Below, piece by piece: positions 13,391-24,200 of a stretch of 64,000 nt of DNA. Location of the stretch: the NCBI GenBank assembly GCA_964016885.1, contig OZ024743.1:59210001-59274000 (forward strand). Reading direction: 5' to 3'. Source of the DNA: Eledone cirrhosa (lineage: Eukaryota). The position numbers and the translations under genes were made by a program. Position 1 is the first letter of the stretch. Each line of letters starts with the position of its first letter. The notes below the pieces were generated by a model. The model saw nothing but the letters and a program-made list of their open reading frames with translations. It made no database searches and was not told the DNA's origin.

Positions 13391-15671
13391 TGTGACTGTG
13401 TGTCGTCCTGAAAAATCAGCTAATGGTTCAAACCTTCCCATCACTTCGGAGCTGGAGACCTCCCATAACCGGAATACTCCTACTGCTGGCCCTCCATGCT
13501 CACCACCAAGAAATCCAAAGAAAAAGACCACCTGATAACAAATGACCTATTTCCCATTGAGCAGAAAGGGTGTAAAATAGGCTCATATGGCTGTAAGGAT
13601 CAGCTTCTGGTTAACAAAATGATACTGGAAGATTGTCATAATAGACACAAAAATCTATCGATTGCTTGGATAGATTATAAAAAAGCATTTGATAGTTTGC
13701 CACACAGTTGGATTGAAAAATGTTTAGAGATTTTCAAAGTATCCCCCGTTGTCAGGAGGTTTTTGTCATTCAGTATGAAGACATGGAAAATGACACTACT
13801 TTTGAATAGTGAAAAAGAATCACTGGAAGCTGGAGAAGTTAATATTAATTGTGGAATTTTTCAGGGTGACTCTTTATCACCGCTCTTATTCTGCATCGCA
13901 CTTATACCATTAAGTAAAATGCTCAATGAAACAAAACATGGATATAAAGTCTATGACAAAACCATTAATCACCTGTTCTACATGGATGACCTGAAACTAT
14001 TTGCAAAAAATGATGAACAATTGCAAGGGCTATTATCCACTGTGAAGCAGTTCAGTGATGACATTAAATGGAGTTTGGACTAGATAAATGCGCCAAAGCA
14101 ACGTTCACCAGAGGAAAGCTGCTGAAGAGTTCAGACATTAATCTTGATCGGGGGAACGTGATAAGAGAACTTGATCAAGAAAAAACTTACAAATATCTAG
14201 GTGTTTGTGAAGGAGACGGAATCAAGCACTCGACAATGAGGGAAAGGATAAGGAAGGAATGTTACCGCAGAGTAAGAGCAATCTTAAGAACGGAATTAAA
14301 TGCAAGGAATAGGATCGATGCCATAAACACGCTTGCCATACCAGTAGTAACCTACAGTTACAATGTCATCAACTGGTCAAGCAGAGAGATCCGTAGGCTC
14401 GATACAAAAATTCGAAAATTCTTAACCATGCACAGAATGCATCACCCTAAGGCAGATATAGATAGAATATATCTCCCTAGGAAAGAAGGAGGACGTGGGT
14501 TATCCAGTTAGACATTGCGTTGAAAACTGCAACAATTGGATTATCTACATATCTAAGGGAATCACATGATTGGATGATCAAACTCGTTTTGAAACACGAA
14601 AGCATCAAAAGATCATATTCCATTACAAAAGATGCACAAAGATAGAGTAATGGACTACAAATTTCAGAAGTCCCATTTACTGCTGAAATGGAAAACACAG
14701 AAAAAGCAAAGCAGGTAAAAGCAACTGCAAAGAAAGAACTGCTACAGAAACTGGCTAAGAAATGGCAAGAAAAGCCTCTGTATGGAAAATACCCAGAGCG
14801 AGCTAACAATCCTGATGTTGACAAAACTTTAACCCACCAGTGGTTGGCATCCTCTGGACTGAAATCGGAGACTGAAGGAGTGATTATATCGGCACAAGAT
14901 CAGTGTCTGCCAACAAAAAATTACCAAGCCAACATAATAAAAAATGGGTGCAGCCCATTATGCCGTGTATGCAAAAAACAACCAGAGACCATTGACCATA
15001 TAATTCCAATGTGCAGTCCTATAGCTCCAACCGAATACCTAAACAAGCATGACAGAGCTGCACAATACATACATTGGATAATGTGTAAGCAATTTGACCT
15101 GCCCCATCAAAAGAATTGGTGGGAGCATCAACCACCTCCCATACTTGAAAAAGATCACATCTCAAACTTGTGGAACTTTAGCATCTAAACAGACCGAAAA
15201 ATAGATGCAAACAGACCTGATATAATATTGAAGGACTTTCAAAAGAGGGTATGCCTGCTAATTGATATGTCTGTTCCAATAGACAAGAATGTATCTATAA
15301 AAACATTTGAAAAATTGAGCAAGTATAAGGACCTGGAGATAGAAATTGGAAAAATGTGGAAATTGAGAACTAAAACAATACCAGTGGTTGTAGGCGCTCT
15401 GGGAATGATACCTAAAGGGTCTAATGACTACTTATCGCAAATCCCAGGAAACCTGCGGATAGGAGAAATACAAAAGATAGTACTAATGGGAACTGCGCAT
15501 ATACTAAGGAAGATTCTGTCAATATAAGTACATCACAAGTCTAAACACTAAAGATGCATGTGTGAATATGTATGTTCTTTCTTGAACATGGCGGACCTTG
15601 TTGTCTCTTGAGGTCACTGGTTGTGACTTGGTGATAACTCGTATGAACATAAAGCAAGATAAATGCAACTG
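13391..15671 (+). mobile_element. R4/Dong-like RLE LINE family A, copy 1 (5' part deleted, frameshifted)
   Basis: ORFs 13496-15527: EQKGC, IDYKKAFDSLPH, FQGDSLSP, YMDD, CRVC-ETIDH-C, KHD, RPDI...IDMSVP, K-x2-KY; 3' UTR followed by (TAA)n; 13391-13525 assigned only tentatively. Confidence 0.92.
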
Positions 15672-15706
15672 TAATAATAATAATAATATTAACAATAATA
15701 ATAATA

Positions 15707-15881
15707 ATTGTTTCTACTTTTGGAACAAGGCCAGTAATTATCCAATACATTACTGGTACTTTATTTTATCTACCCCATAAAGTTAACCTTGACGGGATTT
15801 GAACTCAGACCGTAGATGGATGTAACTATGCTAGAAAGCATGGCGTCCATCCCTCTATCGATACTGCCAATTCACCGCCCT
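15707..15881 (-). mobile_element. ATT-tailed tRNA-derived SINE (family 1)
   Basis: Minus strand ggcggtgaattggcagtatcgatagag...gagttcaaatccc...gataaaataaagtaccag...gtagaaacaattatt. Confidence 0.85.
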
Positions 15882-15887
15882 CATATG

Positions 15888-15924
<37 letters not shown>

Positions 15925-15951
15925 TAATAAAAATAATAATAATAATAATAA

Positions 15952-16300
15952 TTGATTGTGTATGTGGCCTGCCCGTTCGACACGAGAGTGCAAGAGAAGG
16001 AGAGGGAGAAAATTAACCGATACCAGGACCTAAAGTGAGAGGTGAAAAGGATTTGGAACTGCCATGAAGTCAAAGTGATCCCGATTGTCATAGGCGCACT
16101 GGGGACTATCTAAAAAGTTTCCAGGGATGGTTAAAGAAAATCGGCCCCTTCACGCTTTTTGGAACGCTTCAAAAGGCATGCTTGCTTGGAACAGCAAGAA
16201 CCCTCCGATACGTCCTGAATATCTGAGGCTGCAGGTAGTGGCTTGATATTCAATCCAACGGACTTTCCAGTTAACCAACATCAATGACTGAGATTCAAGG
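15952..16300 (+). mobile_element. R4/Dong-like family B, 5'-truncated 3' end
   Basis: Matches 20102-20436; (TAA)n on both sides. Confidence 0.9.
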
Positions 16301-16332
16301 AATAACAACAATAATAATAATAATAATAATAA

Positions 16333-19300
16333 TCACCGCCGCCACCACTCCATCATTGCTACCACCGCTACAACACCATCACTACAGTAATAGATCACAT
16401 CACCACCACCACTGCCTCGGTATCGACATCACCACCACCACTGTCTCAGTATCGCTACCGCCGCTATTCTCTCCCATTGCTTCCTGCTAGTTGCTGCCAC
16501 CACATTATAGAATGCCTACTAAAAAAGAGGAAGGCATCAAAATATATAGATAGACTCAAAAGAAAAAAGAAAAAACAAACATCAAAACCAAAGCAGCACA
16601 GCAACAACAGCAAAAAACGAGAAAAACAAACAGAGAAAAACAAAAACAAAAAAAAACAAAACAAAAAAAAAAAACGTAAAGAAGATAAGAATGAAGAGAA
16701 AAACAAGCGGACGGACAGAGAAGAGAAGGGAAAAACTAAGTCAGACATTCGAACACTACATTACAATGAAACTTATGCTTATTCATCTTTGGGTTTTTTT
16801 CTGCCTATGTGTTTGTTTGTTTATGTGTGTTCGACTACAGCGTGGTGATGATGCCACACAAGAGCCAAGTGGAGCGGCGCAACCACCGGAGACGGTGAAT
16901 CCACAGATGGCTATGTGACCATACATTCGCCAATCCTCGATAAGAGTGTTTAAATATCGAACCTAAACAGTTCGAATAAAGGTGAAATGGAGACTGGAAC
17001 GTCATGTGACAGACTCTCACCCAACAGGTGCTCCCTGGCTCAGCAGCAGGAACCTGACTGTCAACCAAATACTGCTGGTGTTGGAGGAAGAAGAAGAAGG
17101 AAAGGGGCCAGAACCAACTGGACGAAAGAATTGAATAGAACTATTATGCAATGTTACCTGAAAAGTAACCCCAAGGAGAGGGGCTATAGGAGCCAGATGC
17201 ATAACATCTGGAACGAGATTGGTCTATTTGAATTAGATGTACAAAAATTGGCCGGGCAGGCTCGGGTAATAAGAACTAATGGGTGGATAAGCGAGCTGGA
17301 ACTGGAGGAACTGAGCAGAGAGAATAGCTTGGAGATGGAGGGTGTAGTATGACAGACAAACGAGCCAGTGGGAAATGAAGGTGAAGAGGTCGAGAGAACG
17401 GAGGAACCACCCGAAGCAGACAATGATCTGAATACTGAGATAAATAATACCTGGAACAGAGATACGGCCACTGAGGAGATGAATGCTGACAGGCTAGGAC
17501 AAGATTCGGTTGACATCCTAAATTTAGTGGTAGATGAATTGAACAATGATAGTGGGAGACCTATGAACCTAAGATTTGTAGACAGGAAAAAGTTAAAAGA
17601 AACAACAGCTAAGGTAAACAAAGTCATCCGATACCTTGAGGCGAGGAGCCTTCACCAGTGCAACAATATCCTCAAAGCAACAGCAAATACGGTGAGGAAA
17701 CTACTTGGTATAAAAGCGAGAGGAAACAACAGACAAGAAAGAGCAGAGCCTTGGTGGAAGAAACGACTGAATGGTCAAATCAAGGAAATGAGAAATGACA
17801 TAGGAAAGCTTGAGTCACTACTGAATGGGACACTAAAAAACATAGGCACTAAAAATAGACTGGAAATAAAGTACAAAACTAGGAGGAAAAAGCTAAATAT
17901 TATCATAGAGGAACTGAAGCAACGCATTGTAGGAAAAAGTGCAAAAATCAGGCGATACAAGAACAGAGTCAGTCAGTATAGACAGAACCGCATGTTCGAG
18001 AACAACGAGAAGATGCTGTTTGAACAGCTTGAAGGGAAACAAAGAGGCAACGACTTGATCCCTGAGGCGGAACAAACTAAAACATTCTGGAGAGGAATAT
18101 GGGAGCAGTATGTTGAAAATAATGACCAGGCAGTGTGGATTAAGACAGTACAGAAGGAGATCAGTGAACAGGCAGGCCAACAAACTGATTTGAGTATCAC
18201 AGTTGCAACTCTTAAGGGGCAGGCCAAAAAACTAACCAACTGGAAATCACCAGGCCCAGATGGTGTGCAGGGGTATTGGATTAAAAATATAACATCCCTC
18301 CACCCGAAACTGACAACCATGTTCAATGACTGCTTGATGTCAGGTGAGGTACCAGAGTGGTTGACAAAAGGTACCACCGTTCTGATAATGAAAGACCGAA
18401 TCAAGGGTAATGATGTTACCAAATATAGACCTATCACATGTCTGTCCGTAATGTGGAAACTGTTGACAAGCATTATGTCTGAGGAAATCTACCATCGCCT
18501 CCACACAAACAACTTGTTACCGGACGAACAGAAAGGATGCCGAAAGAAGTCACGTGGTACAAAGGACCAGCTACTTATTGATAAGATGGTAATGAGGAAT
18601 TGCAAGAGGACACACTGGTCTTGCCATGGGATGGATAGACTACAAAAAGGCATTTGACATGGTGCCTCATTCTTGGATCACCAAACGCCTGGAGATCTTC
18701 AAGGTGGCAGATAACACCAGACAGTTGTTGGGCAAAAGTATGAAGTCCTGGGAAACAGTGTTAACATCATCTGGAGAATCATTGGGAAGCGTGAATATCA
18801 AGAGAGGTAACTTCCAGGGAGATAGTCTGTCCCCTCTGTTGTTTGTTCTTGCCCTGATGCCACTGACCAGTGTACTGCGAAAAGTGAGAGCAGGATACAG
18901 GTTGGGAAAGGGAGAGCTTACCATCAATCACCTCCTCTCCATGGACGATCTTAAGCTCTTCGGGAAGAGTGAGAAGGAGTTGGATGTGCTTGTTGACACT
19001 GTCCGTATTTTCAGCAATGATATATGTATGCAATTTGGTATTAGTAAGTGTGAAGTCATTGTGATGAGGAGGGGTAAGTTGAGCAGAAGTAACGGAATCC
19101 AGGTACCAATAGGTGAGATGATAAAGGAAATTGACTCTGAAGAAGGATACAAGTATTTGGGCGTTCTGGAGGCTGATGACATCAAGTACAAAAAAAATGA
19201 AAGAATTGATAAGAACTGAATACATTCGGAGAGAAAGGAGCGTATTAAAATCACATCTGAACGGTAGGAATGCCATAAGTGCAGTAAATTCCCGAGCTGT

Positions 19301-20437
19301 GTCTATTATTAGGTACAGTGCGGGAATTCTGAGTTGGAATGTTGCTGAACAAAAAGAAATGGATAGGAAGACTAGGAAGCTATTGACTATCTACAACATC
19401 TTCCACAAGAGGAGTGATGTCGATAGACTCTACTTAAGGAGATCTGAGGGTGGAAGAGGTCTTATCAGCATAGAGGACTGTGTTCAGATGGAGAAAAACA
19501 ACCTACATAGATACGTGACTGATAGTAAGGAGCCAATGCTCAGAACTGTACTGAAGGAGGGGACAATAGGCCAGGGTATGTCCAAGGAGGAAATAACATC
19601 AAGGAGAAAGAGCAGCCTTCAGGAAACATCCCTTCATAGTACCTTCTTTGAGAAAACTGAATTTAGAGATCCACAGACATGGAATTGGTTGAAAAGAGGA
19701 GACCTTAAAAATGCTACAGAAGGAATGTTAATGGTTGCGCAGGAGCAGGCCCTCAATACGAAATGGTTGAAACACCATATTTACAAGGAGGAGGCTAGCC
19801 CACTGTGCAGGATCTGTGGAGAGAGAGGAGACGGTGGCTCACATTGTATCCGAGTGTAAACACCTAGCCCAGACTCACTATAAGGGCTGGAGACATGATG
19901 TGATGGGCAGGGTGATCCACTGGCACCTATGCAAAGTAAACAATTTACCACATTCTGAGAAGTGGTATGAGCATAAGCCAGAGTCGGTGATAGAAAACGA
20001 TCAGGTGAAGATGCTGTGGGATTTTAGGATACAGACGGACAAGAACCTGGAACACAATATACCTGATCTGGTGGTTGTAGAAAAAGAAAAAAGATCGTGC
20101 CTGATTGTGGATGTGGCCTGCCCATTCGACACGAGAGTGCAAGATAAGGAGAGGGAGAAAATTAACCGATACCAGGACTTAATGTGGGAGGTAGAAAGGA
20201 TTTGGAACTGCCATGAAGGGAATGTGATCCCGATTGTCATAGGCGCACTAGGGACTATCTCAAAAAGTTTCCAGAGATGGTTAAAGAAAATTGGCCCCTT
20301 CACACTTTTTGGAACGCTTCAAAAGGCATGCTTGCTGGGAACAGCAAGAACCCTCCGATACGTCCTGTAGGTAGTGGCTTGATATTCATTTCAACAAACT
20401 TTCCAGTTAACTAACATCAATGACTGAGACTCAAAGA
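16333..20437 (+). mobile_element. R4/Dong-like RLE LINE family B, near full-length copy 1 (disrupted ORF 16987-20370)
   Basis: N-terminal WTKELN..IMQCY..RGYR domain, WKSPGPDG, YRPITCL, QGDSLSP, MDD, CRICG-ETVAHIVSEC, RHD, PDLVV-DVACP; (TAA)n tail 20438-20502. Confidence 0.95.
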
Positions 20438-20448
20438 GTAATAACAAC

Positions 20449-20503
<55 letters not shown>

Positions 20504-20746
20504 TTTTCTTTATTAACCACAAGGGTTCACATAAAGTAGACATTAAGGACAGTACAGGACAATACAGGACGGTACAAATGGGTATTTCTGCGTGTAAAAA
20601 AAACAGAGGTTGAAATAAAATAACAAAGAAAAATTCCCCAATAGGGGGGAGACTTCCAAGGGACATTTGTGGAGAAAGCCCATTAAAAGACCACAGTGGC
20701 CCTGACCACCAAGGCAAGTGCCCTCTCCCAGTTTTCCACCTTTAAT

Positions 20747-23700
20747 TTACAGACACATACTCAGAGAAGGCCCATTCATTCGGGCCATACTTGCTTCTCT
20801 CACCCATCTTTCAACAAAATGCTGGGAAGAGAGCACTTCCCTCTCTACCCTGATTTTCCTTTTCAAATGAAATTTGAAAAAGTTAATCAGGGCATCACCG
20901 AAGAGGTAAGTGCTCGTCTTCAGCCCTTTCAAACGTGTCCACCATACTATCTCTTTCGCCATGGCCACCATACAGATAAAAACTGCCTGCCCTTCCAGGC
21001 TAAAGGAAGGGGGCGGGGCAATCCTCACGATGGACTCAGCTGATAGCTGGATCCGTCCTACACGTGACAGCAGGTGTTCGACATAAACCCACAAGTCAGC
21101 AATGCTCGGACACTGGACGAGTGCGTGCAGGACGGTTTCGCCGCCCTGCGCGCATCTCGGACATGCCCGGCTGACGGCACCTCCATGCCTGTAGAGTTTA
21201 TCCCGAACTGGCAAAGCTCCTCGGTAGCACTGCCAGGCCAGGGATTTCTGGAAGTTGTCCATAGGCCCCGGCCCGAAAGTCCTTCCGAAGAGATTGGCTA
21301 GTTGATTTTCGTCGACGCCTAGAGTTTCTCCAAGTACGTCGTCGCTCTTCCCCTCCACTAATCCTCTATAGAACGCCAAGGTGGAGTTTCCACCGATCAC
21401 ATTGCCCGATTGGTCGAGGGCTGTGAGCGCCTGAAGACATTCCAGTCTCCAAGCGCTCCCTCTCGGTCTTCGCTTGACCCAGGACTGCAGCTCCGTCAAG
21501 GAGACGAGCTGGGGAAAAACGTGTCTTGCAAACGGCGACCACACCTGATCACCGTCGAGGAAGAGGTGGAGATGTCGTAGCCTGAGCGCGTGTCTGCGCA
21601 TCATCAGCCACGGCATGCCCAGCCCTCCACGTAGCGGGTGTTGACAGCAGATGGACCGCCTGACCATCGGAGCGCGTCCCTTCCACAAGAAGCGAAAGAG
21701 CAAACGTTCCAGCGCAGTCAGGCGGGGCTTAGGACAAGGTACGACGGTCAGGCGGTAGTAGATGACGGATGCGATGTACGCATTCGCCACCTCCGCTCGA
21801 CCTTTCAGGGATAGCTTCCTCTCGGCCCATTTCTGGGTGAGAGAAACCACCCTGCTCGTCACCTCGTCCCAGTTTTTGTCCGTCTGGAGGTCTGGACCGA
21901 ACCAGACCCCTAGCAATTTAACCGGTCCGTCCGACCAGCGCACGACGGCGCTGTTGGACGGCATGGACCTGCCTCTACAGGTGCCGAGCTGCAGGCCCAC
22001 TGACTTTTCCTGGTTGATCATTGCTCCTGTCACCGCTTCGTATTCTCTTAGTGTAGTGCCGATCGCCTCGATGTGTTTGGCGTTCGACACCACTACGGTG
22101 ACATCGTCGGCATATGCTGACACGGATCTTCCGCATCCTAGTTCGCGCGGGACCCCCCTCAACGTCTCCAGTTTGTGCAGTAATGGCTCGAGAGTCAATA
22201 CGTACAATAGGGACGAGAGGGGACATCCTTGGCGGACCGAGCGCATGATGTTGAACGGTTCCGAAAGGTGACCGTTCACTCTCACTACAGAGCAGATGTC
22301 GCTGTGCATGGCAGCGATCCAGCCTCTGAAGACGGGCCCAAAGCCAGCCGCCCTCAGGACTGCCGTTAGGTAACGATGGTCGACCCTATCGAAGGCTTTC
22401 GACTGATCTAAATTGATCAAAGACCCACCCGTGCCAGGTTCCCTAGCTACCCTCTCTACGATGTATCGCATGAGGTGGAGGTTGTCGTGGATGGATCTGT
22501 CGGGAATGCCGCATGTCTGTGCCTCTCCCACCAGACCACCAATGACAAGCGCCAACCTATTTGCTAGCACCTTGGCCAAAATCTTGAACTCTGTGTTTAG
22601 CAGAGTTATGGGCCTAAAATTATCTATGTTATCCCCCTTGTTCGGATCCTTTCTCAGCAGCGCCACCGCTCCTCGGCTCACAGAGCTGGGAATTCTCCCG
22701 TTCTGTTGCCAGTTGCAGTAGACGTCCGCCAACAGGCCTACGAACAAGTTTGGCATTTGTACGTAAAGTTCATAGGGCAGACCATCCAAACCAGGCGATT
22801 TACCCCTTGTGCAACTAGTCATTGCATCCCGTACTTCAGCGGTTGTTATCGGCTTTTCGCAACACTCCGCCTCAGTGGCCGAAAGCCGCGGCAGTCCGTC
22901 GAGGTAGACACTAAAGTCCATCCCTCGATCCGGCCCGCCACTGCCCCCGAACAGTTGAGCGAAGTGTCGCTGAAAAGCTTCACACATTTGCCCGGGATCG
23001 AGTAGCATGCGCCCGTCGTGGTCCACCAAAGACCGGATCGTGGCTTTGTTGCCACGACGCGCCTCCGCCACTCGGGCCCATTGAACGGCTTTCGTCCCCT
23101 CGTGTCTGAGAGCACGCAACCTAGCTCTGACAACGCAGCCTTCGTGCTTTGCATTGAAGAATTGGTCAAGGGCCAATTTCGCCGCAAGTACGTCGGTCGC
23201 GATGCCTTTGCTAAGCGCCTCATCTAATTTTCTAACTAATTCTCCCTCTGCTCTATTTTTCTCTATTGCTAAAGTCTTACTAAACCTAATGGACTCTATT
23301 CTAATTGCTCTTTTCAGAGCAAACCACCACTTGTTGTTGACGATGGCCCCCGTCAACGCCCGCTTAACTAGTTCGCTAATCCGGTCTCTGTAGGCCTTGC
23401 GCGCTGGTAAGGACGCGTTTAGCTTCCAGTAGCCGGGTCCTTGTCTATGAAGCCTATCTAAGTCAAGCACACAGATCACGAATTTGTGGTCCGTGTAGCT
23501 GACTATCTTGAATTGTGGACAGCCTATGCTAGACCTATCTATTTCCCTACAAAATACTCTATCTAGATATGATCTGGATGATCCTATGCGATTTGTCCAA
23601 GTCCACATTGGTACATTCGGGAAATCCATTCGGTACCTGTCAGACAGTTCAAAACGTCTGAGCAGGTTGGTGAGACTCTTGCACCCTCCTTCCCTATCCA

Positions 23701-24166
23701 CTAATCCCACACAATCCCAGCGTGCATCTAAGATCCCGTTCCAGTCGCCCACTAACACTAAAGAGCGGGACGTTCCAAGAAAGGTCTCCAGACGCCGGAA
23801 GAAATCAGGCCGCCCTGCTCCTGTCGGGGCATAGACGGCCACTAACCTGAAAGCTTGCCCGTCTCCGCTGGTCACGTCCAGCACCACCAACTTACCTTCT
23901 GGGTCCAGGAAGATGGCCCGTATGGCAAGATCCAAACCTCTCCGAAAAAGCACAGCAACTCTTCCCCCCGATCCCGGACGGCTGGGAGATGCGTACACAT
24001 CGTAGCCGCCGAAGATCGGTGCGAAAGCCTGTGCTTCGGAGATTCTGGTCTCGCTGATGGCCACTACATCTATGTTTAGTGTCCTGAGGTCGTTGAGCAG
24101 GTGGCCCTGCTTCCATGACGACCCCAAGCCACGCGCATTTATGCTGCGTATTCTGAGTGAGGTCAT
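20747..24166 (-). CDS. Tx1-like ORF2p: APE endonuclease + reverse transcriptase + C-terminal CCHC (1139 aa, intact)
   Basis: SINARGLG, ISET, YAP, GDWN, WTW, YLDRVF, TDH; PGYWKLN; KSPGLDGLP, RPITLLN, LDQSKAFDRVDH, QGCPLS, YADD, GGLG, CPRC-ETVLHALVQC. Confidence 0.96.
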   Translation of the reverse strand: MTSLRIRSINARGLGSSWKQGHLLNDLRTLNIDVVAISETRISEAQAFAPIFGGYDVYASPSRPGSGGRVAVLFRRGLDLAIRAIFLDPEGKLVVLDVTSGDGQAFRLVAVYAPTGAGRPDFFRRLETFLGTSRSLVLVGDWNGILDARWDCVGLVDREGGCKSLTNLLRRFELSDRYRMDFPNVPMWTWTNRIGSSRSYLDRVFCREIDRSSIGCPQFKIVSYTDHKFVICVLDLDRLHRQGPGYWKLNASLPARKAYRDRISELVKRALTGAIVNNKWWFALKRAIRIESIRFSKTLAIEKNRAEGELVRKLDEALSKGIATDVLAAKLALDQFFNAKHEGCVVRARLRALRHEGTKAVQWARVAEARRGNKATIRSLVDHDGRMLLDPGQMCEAFQRHFAQLFGGSGGPDRGMDFSVYLDGLPRLSATEAECCEKPITTAEVRDAMTSCTRGKSPGLDGLPYELYVQMPNLFVGLLADVYCNWQQNGRIPSSVSRGAVALLRKDPNKGDNIDNFRPITLLNTEFKILAKVLANRLALVIGGLVGEAQTCGIPDRSIHDNLHLMRYIVERVAREPGTGGSLINLDQSKAFDRVDHRYLTAVLRAAGFGPVFRGWIAAMHSDICSVVRVNGHLSEPFNIMRSVRQGCPLSSLLYVLTLEPLLHKLETLRGVPRELGCGRSVSAYADDVTVVVSNAKHIEAIGTTLREYEAVTGAMINQEKSVGLQLGTCRGRSMPSNSAVVRWSDGPVKLLGVWFGPDLQTDKNWDEVTSRVVSLTQKWAERKLSLKGRAEVANAYIASVIYYRLTVVPCPKPRLTALERLLFRFLWKGRAPMVRRSICCQHPLRGGLGMPWLMMRRHALRLRHLHLFLDGDQVWSPFARHVFPQLVSLTELQSWVKRRPRGSAWRLECLQALTALDQSGNVIGGNSTLAFYRGLVEGKSDDVLGETLGVDENQLANLFGRTFGPGPMDNFQKSLAWQCYRGALPVRDKLYRHGGAVSRACPRCAQGGETVLHALVQCPSIADLWVYVEHLLSRVGRIQLSAESIVRIAPPPSFSLEGQAVFICMVAMAKEIVWWTRLKGLKTSTYLFGDALINFFKFHLKRKIRVEREVLSSQHFVERWVREASMARMNGPSLSMCL

Positions 24167-24200
24167 GTTGAAAAGGAGTGGAAAAGATGGGAAATACCAC

